In this document: positions 39,867 to 51,869 of the stretch, one piece after another
Layout: every line of letters starts with the position of its first letter
Position numbering within the stretch: the first letter of the stretch is position 1
Source of the DNA: Eledone cirrhosa
Taxonomy: Eukaryota
NCBI GenBank assembly: GCA_964016885.1
Contig: OZ024740.1
Coordinates: 121,892,001 to 121,956,000, forward strand
DNA: 64,000 nt
Direction of reading: 5' to 3'
Position numbers and translations under genes: made by a program
The notes under the pieces: model-generated
Told to the model about the DNA's origin: nothing
The model's input: only the letters and a program-made list of their open reading frames with translations
Database searches by the model: none

Positions 39867-42045
39867 ATTGGTAAGCTAAGAGAGAGAGGGAAGGTTTACT
39901 TACCTCCCGGGTCTTGTGAAGGTCGGGTGGTTCGACCTCCATGGTTGGTGGGGTTTGTTTTGGGAACCCCTTTAAAAGTCTTGATGTGGATTTCACATTC
40001 GGGGTTCCCACGTCTTGAGGAAAGCTCTCTCGAATTTCTTTGAAGGAATTGAGTGACATTCGGACCAGAAGCAAATCTTCTGGCACGCAAAATGTGCTCA
40101 TTTCAAAAATCTCCCCCTCTGTTTGAATGTCCTCGCTTCGCGCTAAGAGGGCCATCAGTTTATCGTTGGCCCTTCTGACAAGCACGAAGTTTTTAACATT
40201 TTGTTGGTGTGGTTTTATTTGTTTTCGTTTTGGTGAAGGTGGTGGCGATGGTTTTGGTGGTGTTGTTTCGGGTATGTCTATGTTTGTTGTAGGTGTGGTG
40301 TCTGCAATTTCAGGTATTTGTGTGTTTATTTGTACTTGTGTTTGTTTAGGTTGTTTGCGTTTCGGGGATTGTGGAGGTGGTGTCGATGTTGCTGTTGGTG
40401 ATGATGTTATTGGGGAAGTGTTTGCGTTAGTGGTGTCTGTATTTTTTGTTGTGTGTGTTTTTGTGTTTTGTTGGGGCTTTTTTTGTGAGTTTTCTCTGTT
40501 TTTTGGCACTTTGGGGTTTTCCTTCATCTTCGCTGCTGGAAGACAAAGGGTCTGTGGCTGTGAGTGTCTCTGTGTCTGTGTGTGCATTTATTTTTTGTGT
40601 ATGTGTATAATTGGAGGGGTAGAGGGAGTGGGAGAGCTTTCCTCGTTTTCTCCTTGGATTGGTTTTGGTGTTGGTGGTGATCTGGCTGATTTTGATGTTG
40701 TTGTCCGTGTTTTTGTTGATGTTGTTTTTGGTGGTGGTGGTGGTGCAGCTTTCCGTGCTGACACTGGCGTTGGCAACAAAGGAGGTTTGCGACCCCCTGC
40801 ATTTTTGCGCTGAGGGAAGAAGTCTTGAAGATGCATTGCTTCCCGCAGACGAAGCAGCGTGGCCTTCTTCCGTCAATCATTAGTTGGATTGTTGTTGCGT
40901 CCTGCAGCGGGCAAAATCCGGGATGTTATTCATTTCCTCCGGTTTTATTTGGAGAAGAATCTCCAAATCCATTCGGGACCAGTCCTTCTCTCTGTCCTGT
41001 TGATGTCCAGGAGGGTAGTATCTGTCCCCTCCTCGATTACGCATCCCAGCAGCCACCATATGTTCATTCCTGGTGGGATGCTGGGAATGCGTACCTTCAC
41101 TGTCCTTTTACCCATATAGGACGGATGCATGATAATGCGTTGCGTTCTGCAGGGGGTCACCGTGTGCTTAATAGCGAGGGCCTCTGTTTTGAACAGTACC
41201 GAGATGGTACCGAACTGTTTGCCTCATGCTTTGTACTCTATGTTACTTCCGATGTACTCCAAAGCAGCCTCTACCTCTGCAAGTTCCACTTTTCGTGTCT
41301 GCACCGAAATACATCGAAAGAGCACCGTCCTCCTTTGCATGGCCGCTATTGCCTCGTCCGGGATGGTCAGGTTTGCCCAGGACTTCTCCCGTTTAATTAG
41401 CCTCCACGCTTTGGCCAACTTTATCGCTAATATCAATATCAATATTCAATAAGCGCTTTGTTTTTGCTGCTGCTGCAGCAAATGTGGTGTTTCTGATGCT
41501 CTTATTGTTGTTGTTGTCATTCTTGATGTTGCCACCGCCATCGTTGCTTGCATTGAAGCTGTCGGTGTTATTGTCGTTATTGCTCTGAGTTGTTGTTGTA
41601 GTGGTGGTGGTGGTGGTGGCGGTGGTGGTGATGTCGTTTTCAGATGATACTGCTGCTATGGCAGAAGGTTGTGATGGTAGCTTTTGAGTGTTGCCTTCAC
41701 ATTCAGTAGAGTGGGTGACAGACATGACTGTAGCCGTCGTAGTCGTGGTGAAATCTACAGTGGCTGCCTTTAAACTTTTGACCTGAACGTTGTTTACCGT
41801 TTCAAGGTCGAACATTTCCATAAATTTCTTTTGGTGGGGAAGCGATTTTTTTCGAAGTTTTTAAAAGTAAATCTGAATATTCGGGCTTAAAGCCCGAATA
41901 TTGATAGGTATCCCTCTCTTTAAATCAAGATGTGTACCTTAAGTTTCGTTAATGACAAGAAAATACAAAAAAAGACATTTAAAACAGCTTAAAGTTACAA
42001 ACCTTTTCCCCCGCAGATTTGTACTGTCTTCACAAATGTGCGGCG

Positions 42046-42049
<4 letters not shown>
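36509..42049 (-). mobile_element. Full-length Tx1/L1-type LINE, family A (frameshifted)
   Basis: 5' UTR, ORF1 and ORF2 (APE-RT-zinc finger); (AAT)19 and (AAT)17 flanks; about 280-bp deletion near the 3' end relative to the copy at 15950. Confidence 0.93.
39880..41821 (-). pseudogene. Family A ORF1 (low-complexity N-terminus, zinc knuckle, Pro/Thr-rich tail)
   Basis: IDGRRPRCFVCG knuckle remnant; located upstream of ORF2; frameshifted; 3' end approximate. Confidence 0.7.
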
Positions 42050-42100
<51 letters not shown>

Positions 42101-42101
<1 letters not shown>

Positions 42102-45100
42102 TTGTCTTTATTAACCACAAGGGTTTACGTAAAGTAGACATTAAGGACAGTACAGGACAATACAGGACGGTACAAATGGGCATTTATGCGTGTAAAAAAC
42201 AAGAAACTGAGGATGTAATAATAGAACAATGAAAAAATTCTCCAATAGGGGGAAGACTTCCGAGGGACATTCGTGGAGAAAGCCCATTAAAAAGCCACAG
42301 TGACCCTGACATAGAGGGCAAGTGCCCTCTCCCAGTTTTCCACCTTTAAATTTACAGACACATACTCAGAGTAGGCCCATTCACTCGGGCCATTCTTGCC
42401 TCTCTCACCCATCTTTCAACAAAATGCTGGGAAGAGAGCACTTCCCTTTCTACCCTGATTTTCCTTTTTAAATGAAATTTGAAAAAGTTAATCAGGGCAT
42501 CACCGAAGAGGTAAGTGTTCGTCTTCAGCCCTTTCAAACGTGTCCACTATACTATCTCTTTCGCCATGGCCACCAGACAGATAAAAACTTCCTGCCCTTC
42601 CCGGCTAAAGGAAGGGGGCGGGGCAATCCTCACGATGGACTCTGCTGATAGCTGGATCCGTCCTACACGCGACAGCAGGTGTTCGACATAAACCCACAAG
42701 TCAGCAATGCTCGGACACTGGACGAGTGCGTGCAGGACGGTTTCGGCGCCATGCCCGCATCTCGGACATGCCCGGCTGACGGCACCTTCATGCCTGTAGA
42801 GTTTATCCCAAACTAGCGAAATCCTCAGTAGCACTGCCAGGCTAGGGATTTCTGAAAGATGTCCATAGGCCCCGGCCCGAAAGTTCTTCCGAAGAGATTG
42901 GCTGGTTGATTTTCTTCGACGCCTAGAGTTTTCCCAAGTACGTCGTCGCTCTTCCCCACCACTAATCATCTATAGAACGCCAAGGTGGAGTTTCCACCGT
43001 TCACATTACCTGATTGGTCGAGGGCTGTGAGCACCTGAAGAGATTCCAGTCTCCAAGCGATCCCTCTCGGTCTTCGCTTGATCGAGGACTACAGCTCCGT
43101 CAAGGAGACGAGCTGGGGAAAGACGCGTCTAGCAAACGGCGACCACACCTGCTCACCGTCGAGGAAGAGGTGGAGATGTCGTAGCCTGAGCGCGTGTCAG
43201 CGCATCATCAGCCACGGCATTCCCAGTCCTCCACGTAGCGTGTGTTGACAGCAGATGGACCGCCTGACCATCGGATCGCGTCCCTTCCACAAAAAGCCAA
43301 AGAGCAAACGCTCCAGCGCAGTCAGGCGGGGCTTAGGACAAGGTACGACGGTCAGGCGGTAGTAGATGACGGACGTGATATACGCGTTAGCCACCTCCGC
43401 TCGACCTTTCAGTGATAGCTTCCTCTCGGCCCATTTCTGGGTGAGAGAAGCCATCCTGCTCGTCACCTCTTCCCAGTTTTTGTCCGTCTGGAGGTCCGGA
43501 CCGAAACAGACCCCGAGCAATTTAACTGGTCCGTCCGTCCAGCGCCCGACGACGCTGTTGGACGGCATGGACCTGCCTCTCCACGTGCCGAGCTGCAGGC
43601 CCACTGACTTTTCCTGGTTGAACATTGCTCCTGTCACCGCTTTGTTTCCTCTAAGTGTAGTGCCGATCGCCTCGATGTGTTTGGCGTTCGACACCACTAC
43701 GGTGACATCGTCCGCATATGCTGACACGGATCTTCCGCATCCAAGTTCGCGAGGGAACCCCCTCAACGTCTCCAGTTTGTGCAGTAATGGCTCGAGAGTC
43801 AATACGTACAAGAGGGACCAGATAGGACATCCTTGGCGGTCCGAGCCCATGATATTGAACGGTTCCGAAAGTTGACCGTGCACTCTCACCACAGAGCAGA
43901 TTTCGCTGTGCATGGCAGCGATCGAGCCTCTGAAGACGGGCCCAAAGCCAGCCGCCCTCAGGACTGCCGCTGGGTAACGATGGTCGACCCTATCGAAAGC
44001 TTTCGACTGATATAAATTGATCAAGGAGACACCCGTGCCAGGTTTGTTCGCTACCATCTCCACGATGTATTGCATGAGGTGGAGTTGTCACGGATGGATC
44101 TGTCGGGTATGGAGCATGTCTGTGCCTCTCCCGCCAGACCACCAACGACAAGCGCCAACATCTTTGCTAGCACCTTGGCCAAAAGCTTGAACTCTGTGTT
44201 TAGCAGAGTTATGGGCCTGAAATTATCTATGTTATCCCTCTTGTTCGGATCCTTTCTGACCAGCGCCACAGCTCCTAGGCTCACAGGGAATTCTCCCGTT
44301 CTGTTGCCAGTTGCAGTAGACGTCCGCCAAGAGGCCTCCGAACAAATCTGGCATTTGTACGTAAAGTGTATAGTGTAGACCATCCAAACCAGGCGATTTA
44401 CCCCTTGTGCAGTCAGTCATTGCCTCCCGTACTTCACTGGCTGTTATCGGCTATTCGCAACACTCCGCCTCAGTGGCCGAGAGCCGCGGCAGTCCATCGA
44501 GGTAGACATAAAGTCCATCCCTCGAACCGGCCCGCCGCTGCACCCGAACAACCGAGCGCAGTGTCGCTGAATAGCTTCACACATTTGCCCGGGATTGAGT
44601 AGCATGCGCCCGTCCTGGTCCTCCAAAGACCGGATCGTGGCTTTGTTGCCACGACGCGCCTCCGCCACGCGTGCCCATTGAACGGCTTTCGTCCCCTCGT
44701 GTCTGAGAGCACGCAACCTAGCTCTGACAAGGCAGCCTTCCTGCTTTGCATTGAAGAATTGGTCAAGGGCCAATTTCACCGCAAGTACGTCGGTCGCGAT
44801 ACCTTTGCTAATTGCCTCGCTTAATTTTCTAACTTTCTCCCTCTGCTCTATTTTTCTCTATTGCTAAAGCCTTACTAAACCTAATGGACTGTATTCTAAT
44901 TGCCCTTTTCAGAGCAAACCACCACTTGTTGTTGACGATGGCCCCGTCAACGCCCGCTTAACTAGTTCGCTAATCCGGTCTCTGTAGGCCTTGCTCGCTC
45001 GTAAGGACGCGTTTAGCTTCCAGTAGCCGGGTCCTCGTATATGAAGCCTATCTAAGTCAAGCACACCGATCACGAATTTGTGGTCCGTGTAGCTGATTAT

Positions 45101-48100
45101 CTTGAATTGTGGACGACCTATGCTAGACCAATCTATTTCTCTACAAAATACTCTATCTAGATAGGATCTGGATGACACTATGCGAATTGTCCAAGTCCAC
45201 ATTGGCACATTCGGGAAATCCAATCGCTACCAGTCAGACAGTTCAAAACGTCTGAGCAGGCTGGTGATGCTCTTGCACCCTCCTGCCCCATCCGCTAAAC
45301 CCACACAGTCCCAGCGTGCATCTAAGATCCCGTTCCAGTCGCCCGCTAACACTAAAGAGCGGGACGTTCCAAGAAAGGTCTCCAGACGCCGGAAGAAATC
45401 AGGCCGCCCTGCTCCTGTCGGGGCATAGACGGCGTCTAGCCTCCGTCTCTTCTGCACTAGCGTGCCCGTCTCCGCTGGTCACGTCTAGCACCACCAACTT
45501 ACCTTTTGGGTCCAGGAAGATGGCCCGTATGGCGAGATCCAAACCTCTCCGAAAAAGCACATTAACTGCTCTCCCCGATCCCGGACGGCTGGGAGATGCG
45601 TACACATCGTAGCCGCCGAAGATCGGTGCGAAGGCCCGTGCTTCGGAGATTCTGGTCTCGCTGATGGCCACTACATCTATGTTTAGTGACCTGAGTTCGT
45701 TGAGCAGGTGGCCCTGCTTCCATGACGACCCCAAGCCACGCGCATTTATGCTGCCTATTCTGAGTGAGGTCATGATGATAAGGAGTTGAAAAGATGGGAA
45801 AGAACACTTACATTACTTCTCGTAGAGGAAGGAGGGTTTGTTCATCCTTTTTACCGCTTGTGGCCTCCTCCGGAAGGATGCCCTTATAAATCCTCCTGGA
45901 GAGTGTTTGTCGGAAGTCTCCGATGTCTTTGGGGAATTTTTGTTTTAGTGTCGTGTGCGTTTTCTGTGTGAAGCGAGTGATTTGTATGTGTGGTGGAGGT
46001 GATGTGAAATGTTGGGTTGTTGTGTAGTCTTTTTCTGTGATGCTGGTGTTGTGTTGCATATAGTGTAATAATTGGTTGTTGTTCAAATTTAATTGTTTCT
46101 ACTTTAGGCACAAGGCCAGCAACTACCCAGTACATTACTGGTACTTTATTTTATCGACCCCGTAAGGATGAAAGGCAAAGTTAACCTCGGCGGGATTTGA
46201 ACTCAGACTGTAAAGGGACGTAACTATGCTAGAAAGCATGGCGTCCAACCCTCTACCGATACTGCCAATTCACCGCCCTTGTTGTTCAAATTTAATACTG
46301 TATAGGTTGTATCGTTTTGGTTGTTTTGTTTTGTTTGCTTTTGTTGTGGGTTTGTTTCTATTTCGCTTGTTCGTGACTTTTGTGGTGTTGGTGATGGTGG
46401 TGTTGGGGTTAATGATGGTGATGGTGTTGGTGTTTGTGGTGATGGGGTTGGTGATTCTGGTGTGCATGGTGGCATATCTGTCCTAACTTTTTTGTTTGAT
46501 AATTTATTTGTTTCCCTCTGTATTTTGTTTTTGGAGGAGGAAGGAAGAGAATTTTTTCTTTTTTGGTTTCTTTTTTTCTTTTTTCCTGATACCGTTTCCC
46601 ACTCCTCGTCGTCACAATCTGTCTCCAGTTGCGATAAGCCGGGGAGTGGAAAATCCTCCACAGGCGTTGGTTTTGATGGTGCTGTGGTGGATGGTGTAGG
46701 CGCTGGTACTAGTTCTGGCGCGTTGGGTGGTGGTGGTGTTGGTTTTGCTACTGTTGCTGGGGTTGTTGCTGTTACAGTTGCTTCTGTTGTTGCTGCTACA
46801 GTTGCTGCTGCCACCTCTGCTGCTGGTGGTGTTGATGGTTGAGTCACTGGGGTGGGTAAGAGAGGTGGCGTCAACCTTTTAGCCTCAGGGCAGAAAGCCT
46901 TTAGGTGGGTTCCTTCACCACAAACGAGACACCTAAGTCTTCTACCCTCGACGATTAAGGTGGGGTGGCTGCCGTCAGTGAGATCTATTACCTGTGGGAT
47001 CTCCTCAATGCTTTTTTCGTCCGCTTGGATCAGGAGCTCCATCCCAGATCCGGACCAGTTCTCCTGCTTTTCTTTCGCTATTTCAATTATCGTGGTGTTG
47101 GCCTCGTTGCCGGCGAAGACGGCAGCCATTAGCCAGGGAATTTCGATGGCCGGTGGAACCTAGGTCACTCTGATCTTCACAAGCCTCTGACCGCAATAGC
47201 TCGGGACGAGTGTGAAGTCGTCACTTCTTAATGGGGCCATGGAGTGTTCTCTGGCCTCATGTGGTGTTTCAAAGAACACGTCCACGGTTCCATACTTCTT
47301 CCCACGTCTGATGTGGTTTTTTTTTTGCCCACACATGTCCCAAAGCTTTTGGGATTTGGGACTCGGATGCCCGTTCCACTCGGTGCGATTTTATGTTAAT
47401 TGTCCGATAAGACATGGTGCATAGGCGACGTTGCTCCATTTTATTAGGTGGTGCGGGTGAGGCTGACCCTGTACCCATCTTTCTTTACCATTCCTTTGGC
47501 TTCTTCTAATTCCTCCTGAGTTACCTGGATCGGTTCGCACGTTTTAGCTACTCTGGCAAAACTCAGGGTACTTTTCTTAATTTTCTTGTTGCTGTTGTTG
47601 TTATCGTTATTTTTGCTATTGTTAATTTTAGTTTCAGTTGTGGTGGTGGTGGCGTCAGTGGTGTTCGGTGTGGAAGAGTTCATTTTGGTTGAATTAATTT
47701 CGATATCACGAGTTAATTTATTTTTTCTTTTGTTTCTGTTGTCGCGGTGGCGGTGGTGGTGGCGGCTTTAACACCTGCAGTCATTGGTAATGGCGGAAAA
47801 TGAACGTCTGCCTGAGACAAATTTAAAATATTGCTACTGCTTACATTTCCAGTGTTGGCAAACGTAGCAATATTTACAATGCTGGTGTCGGTGTGAGGTG
47901 TTAGATTGTGAGGAAGGAGTGACTCTGAGTCAGCCATTATTTTTCAAAAGTTTAAATTTTGGGCTTAAGGCCCCAATATTTTTGAGTGTCCTTTTCAGAA
48001 AACAATGTATGTGCACTTATATACAGTTAACAATAAACATTTTTCATAAATTGCAATTTTAAACAAATGAAAATAACAAACCTTTGCGGGGCTCACGATG

Positions 48101-48124
48101 ATACGATTTACTAAGTAGGTCGAC
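42101..48124 (-). mobile_element. Full-length Tx1/L1-type LINE, family B (decayed)
   Basis: ORF2 fragments 45773 to 42352 (SINARGL, TDH, GYWKLN, SKAFDRV, RQGCP, AYADD, CPRC...H...C). ORF1 fragments from 47937 with the CX2CX4HX4C knuckle CLVCGEGTHLKAFC. (AAT)17 and (AAT)22 flanks. Confidence 0.93.
46094..46278 (-). mobile_element. Complete tRNA-derived SINE inserted in family B ORF1
   Basis: A-box-like TGGCAGTATCGG and B-box GAGTTCAAATCC; perfect 18-bp TSD TTGTTGTTCAAATTTAAT (46076-46093, 46279-46296). Confidence 0.95.
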
Positions 48125-48191
<67 letters not shown>

Positions 48192-48192
<1 letters not shown>

Positions 48193-50914
48193 GACAAGAA
48201 AAAGCAGAGCCGTGGTGGAAGAAACGACTGAGTGGTCAAATCGGGGAAATGAGAAATGACATAGGAAAGCTTGAGTCACTACTGAATGGGACACTAAAAA
48301 ACATAGGCACTAAAAATAGACTGGAAATAAAGTACAAAACTAGGAGGAAAAAGCTAAATATTATCATAGAGGAACTGAAGCAACGCATTGTAGCAAAGAG
48401 TGCCAAAATCAGGCGATACGAGAACAGAGTCAGTCAGTATAAACAGAACCGCATGTTCGACAACAACCAGAAGATGCTGTTTGGACAGCTTGAGGGGAAA
48501 GAAAGAGGCAACGACTTGATCCCTGGGGCGGAGCAAACTAAAACATTCTGGAGAGGAATATGGGAGCAGGATGTTAGACATAATGTCCAGGCAGGGTGGA
48601 TTGAGACAGTACAGAGGGAGATCGGTGAGCAGGCACACCAACAATCTGATTTGAGTATCACAGTTGAAACTCTTAAGGGGCAGGCCAGAAAACTAACCAA
48701 CTGGAAATCACCAGGCCCAGATGGTGTGCAGGGGTATTGGATTAAACATTTAACATCCCTCCATCCGAAGCTGACAGCCATGTTCAATGAGTGCTTGGTG
48801 TCGGGTGAGGTGCCAGAGTGGTTGACAAAAGGTACCACAGTTCTGATAATGAAAGACCGAATCAAGGGTAATGATGTTACCAACTATAGACCTATCACGT
48901 GTCTGTCCGTAATGTGGAAACTGTTGACGAGCATTGTGTCTGAGGAAATCTACCATCACCTCCACACAAACAACTTGTTACCGGACGAACAGAAAGGATG
49001 CCGAAAGAAGTCACGTGGTACAAAGGACCAGTTACTTATTGATAAGATGGTAATGGGGAATTGCACGAGGAGACACACTGATCTTGCCATGGGATGGATA
49101 GACTACAAAAAGGCATTTGACATGGTGCCTCATTCTTGGATCACCAAAAGCCTGGAGATCTTCAGGGTGGCAGATAACATCAGACAGTTGCTGGGCAGGA
49201 GTATGGGCTCCTGGGAGACAGAGTTGACATCAACTGGAGTATCCTTGGGAAGCGTGAAGATCAAGAGAGGTATCTTCCAGGGAGATAGCCTGTCCCCTCT
49301 GTTGTTTGTCCTTGCCCTGATGCCCTTGACCATTATGCTGCGAAAAGTGAGAGCAGGATACAAGTTGGGAAAGGGAGCGCTTACCATCAATCACCTCCTC
49401 TTCATGGACGATCTTAAGCTCTTCGGGAAAAGTGAGAAGGAGTTGGATGTGCTTGTTGACACTGTCCGTATTTTCAGCAGTGATATATGTATGCAGTTTG
49501 GTATTAGTAAATGTGGAGTCATTGTGATGAGGAGGGGTAGGTTGGGCAGAAGTAACGGGATCCAGATACCAACAGGTGAGATGATAAAGGAAATTGACTC
49601 TGAGGAAGGATACAAGTATTTGGGCGTTCTGGAGGCTGATGGTATAAAGAACAAAAAAAAGAAGGAATTGTTAAGAACTGAATACATTCGGAGAGTAAGG
49701 AGCGTATTGAAGTCACATCTGAACAGCAGAAATGCCATAAGCGCAGTAAATTCCCGAGCTGTGTCTATTATTAGGTACAGTGCGGGAATTCTGAGATGGA
49801 ATGTTGCTGAACAAAAAGAAATGGATAGGAAGACTAGGAAGCTATTGACTATCTACAACATGTTCCGCAAGAGGAGTGATGTCGATAGACTCTACCTAAG
49901 GAGATCTGAGGGCGGAAGAGGTCTTATCAGCATAGAGGACTGTGTTCAGATGGAGAAAAACAACCTATACAAATACGTGACCTATAGTAAGGAGCCAATG
50001 CTCAGAACTGTACTGAAGGAGGGGACAGTAGGCCAGGGGATGCCCAAGGAGGAAATAACATCAAGGAGGAAGAGCAGCCTTAAGGGAAAATCCCTTCATA
50101 GTACCTTCTTTGAGAAAACTGAATTTAGAGATCCACAGACATGGAACTGGTTGAGAAGAGGAGACCTCAAAAAGGCTACAGAAGGAATGCTAATGGCTGC
50201 GCATGAGCAGGCCCTCAAAACGAATTGGTTGAAGCACCATATTTACAAGGAGGAGGCTAGCCCACTGTGCAGGATCTGTGGAGAGAGAGAGGAGACTGTG
50301 GCTCACATTGTGTCCGAGTGTAAACACCTAGCCCAGACCCACTATAAGGGCTGGAGATACGATGTGATGGGCAGGGTGATCCACTGGCACCTGTGCAAAG
50401 CAAATAATTTACCACATTCTGAGAAATGGTATGAGCATAGGCCAGAGGCGGTGATGGAGAACAATCAGGTGAAGGTGCTGTGGGATTTTAGGATACAGAC
50501 GGACAAAAAACTGGAACACAATAGACCTGACCTGGTGGTTGTGGACAAAGAAAAAAGATCGTGTCTGATTGTGGATGTGGCCTGCCCATTCGACACGAGA
50601 GTGCAAGAGAAGGAGAGGGAGAAAATTAACCGATACCAGGACCTAAAGTGGGAGGTGAAAAGGATTTGGAACTGCCATGAAGTCAAAGTGATCCCGATTG
50701 TCATAGGCGCACTGGGGACTATCTCCAAAAGTTAACAGGGATGGTTAAAGAAAATCGGCCCCTTCACGCTTTTTGGAAGGCTTCAAAAGGCATGCTTGCT
50801 GGGAACAGCAAGAACCCTCCGATACGTCCTGAATATCTGAGGCTGCAGGTAGTGGCTTGATATTCATTCCAACGGACTTTCCATTTAACCAACATCAATG
50901 ACTGAGATTCAAGG
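48192..50914 (+). mobile_element. 5'-truncated R4/Dong-type RLE non-LTR retrotransposon
   Basis: Open frame begins directly after (AAT)22; short 3' UTR followed by an AAT tract (50915-50977). Confidence 0.95.
48249..50735 (+). CDS. RT + CCHC + restriction-like endonuclease ORF (828 aa)
   Basis: WKSPGPDG, YRPITCL, DYKKAFD, GIFQGDSLSP, FMDDLKL, CRIC...H...C, RPDLVV and KINRY motifs; the stop appears premature relative to the 36.3-kb copy. Confidence 0.92.
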   Translation: MRNDIGKLESLLNGTLKNIGTKNRLEIKYKTRRKKLNIIIEELKQRIVAKSAKIRRYENRVSQYKQNRMFDNNQKMLFGQLEGKERGNDLIPGAEQTKTFWRGIWEQDVRHNVQAGWIETVQREIGEQAHQQSDLSITVETLKGQARKLTNWKSPGPDGVQGYWIKHLTSLHPKLTAMFNECLVSGEVPEWLTKGTTVLIMKDRIKGNDVTNYRPITCLSVMWKLLTSIVSEEIYHHLHTNNLLPDEQKGCRKKSRGTKDQLLIDKMVMGNCTRRHTDLAMGWIDYKKAFDMVPHSWITKSLEIFRVADNIRQLLGRSMGSWETELTSTGVSLGSVKIKRGIFQGDSLSPLLFVLALMPLTIMLRKVRAGYKLGKGALTINHLLFMDDLKLFGKSEKELDVLVDTVRIFSSDICMQFGISKCGVIVMRRGRLGRSNGIQIPTGEMIKEIDSEEGYKYLGVLEADGIKNKKKKELLRTEYIRRVRSVLKSHLNSRNAISAVNSRAVSIIRYSAGILRWNVAEQKEMDRKTRKLLTIYNMFRKRSDVDRLYLRRSEGGRGLISIEDCVQMEKNNLYKYVTYSKEPMLRTVLKEGTVGQGMPKEEITSRRKSSLKGKSLHSTFFEKTEFRDPQTWNWLRRGDLKKATEGMLMAAHEQALKTNWLKHHIYKEEASPLCRICGEREETVAHIVSECKHLAQTHYKGWRYDVMGRVIHWHLCKANNLPHSEKWYEHRPEAVMENNQVKVLWDFRIQTDKKLEHNRPDLVVVDKEKRSCLIVDVACPFDTRVQEKEREKINRYQDLKWEVKRIWNCHEVKVIPIVIGALGTISKS

Positions 50915-50945
50915 AATAACAACAATAATAATAATAATAATAATA

Positions 50946-50976
<31 letters not shown>

Positions 50977-51869
50977 TAGATAGGGAAGAAGACGCACCTG
51001 TGGATAGAGTGTTATGGAATCGTTCCCGTACATGTTTTATTGTTAACATAGTCAAAACGATTGTGATATAACAATTCTTAGTACCAATGGTACATGAGGC
51101 ACCAGGCCTACTCTCAGGAAGTGAGAAATCATAATATCCTGTTAGAGCGCACAGATATTAAATGATGTATTATAAATGTTATATTCAGAAAGGAAAATGG
51201 TTATAAATGGAAGAAAACCTCCTCTGTCTACACTATATATAACAGCCAAATAACAGCAATTTCACCACTACCACAACCTAGATACACCACCTATCCCACC
51301 ACCCCGCTGTGTACACTAAATACAACAGCCAGATAACGGCAATTTCACCACTACCACCACCAATCCCCACATAATAATAATAATTACTATTATTGTATCT
51401 CAAGTTTGCTCAAAATGTTTAATTCAAATATTAAGGAAATATGTCAACATATTTTTTAAACATAGGCGACAAACCGTATATATATACCGATCAAACAAAC
51501 GCATACTAGCTACAGTTTATTCAACAGAACTCTGTAGCGACAACGCCATCACTACGGTCGCCGACGCCGCACTCCATCTTTGCTACCACTATCCCTTCGC
51601 CGCCGCCGACACTCCATCCTTGCTATCCCACTACGCTCTGTTAACTTAAGAAAGGGGAAGGCGGCGGTATCACTAGACAAGAGAGAGTCTAGCAAAATAT
51701 ATAAATAGACTGACTTAGAGATCCGGTCAATCGTCAACGATTATGGCACTGCTGGCTCCCCCCTGCCCCACCAACAATAGAATAATCCCCAGCACCACTA
51801 CCGACATAGCCAACAACAACAACAGGCAAAACAAATAGTATATTATATTATTAATAATAATATCATTAT

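Noticed and set aside
40127-41452. Long plus-strand ORFs over Tx1 elements (also 46321-46842 and 43366-43875)
   Set aside because: Antisense shadows of low-complexity or coding LINE sequence.
51230-51640. Small diverged tandem duplications between the two Dong families
   Set aside because: Two-copy, low-complexity repeats with no structure or coding signal evident.
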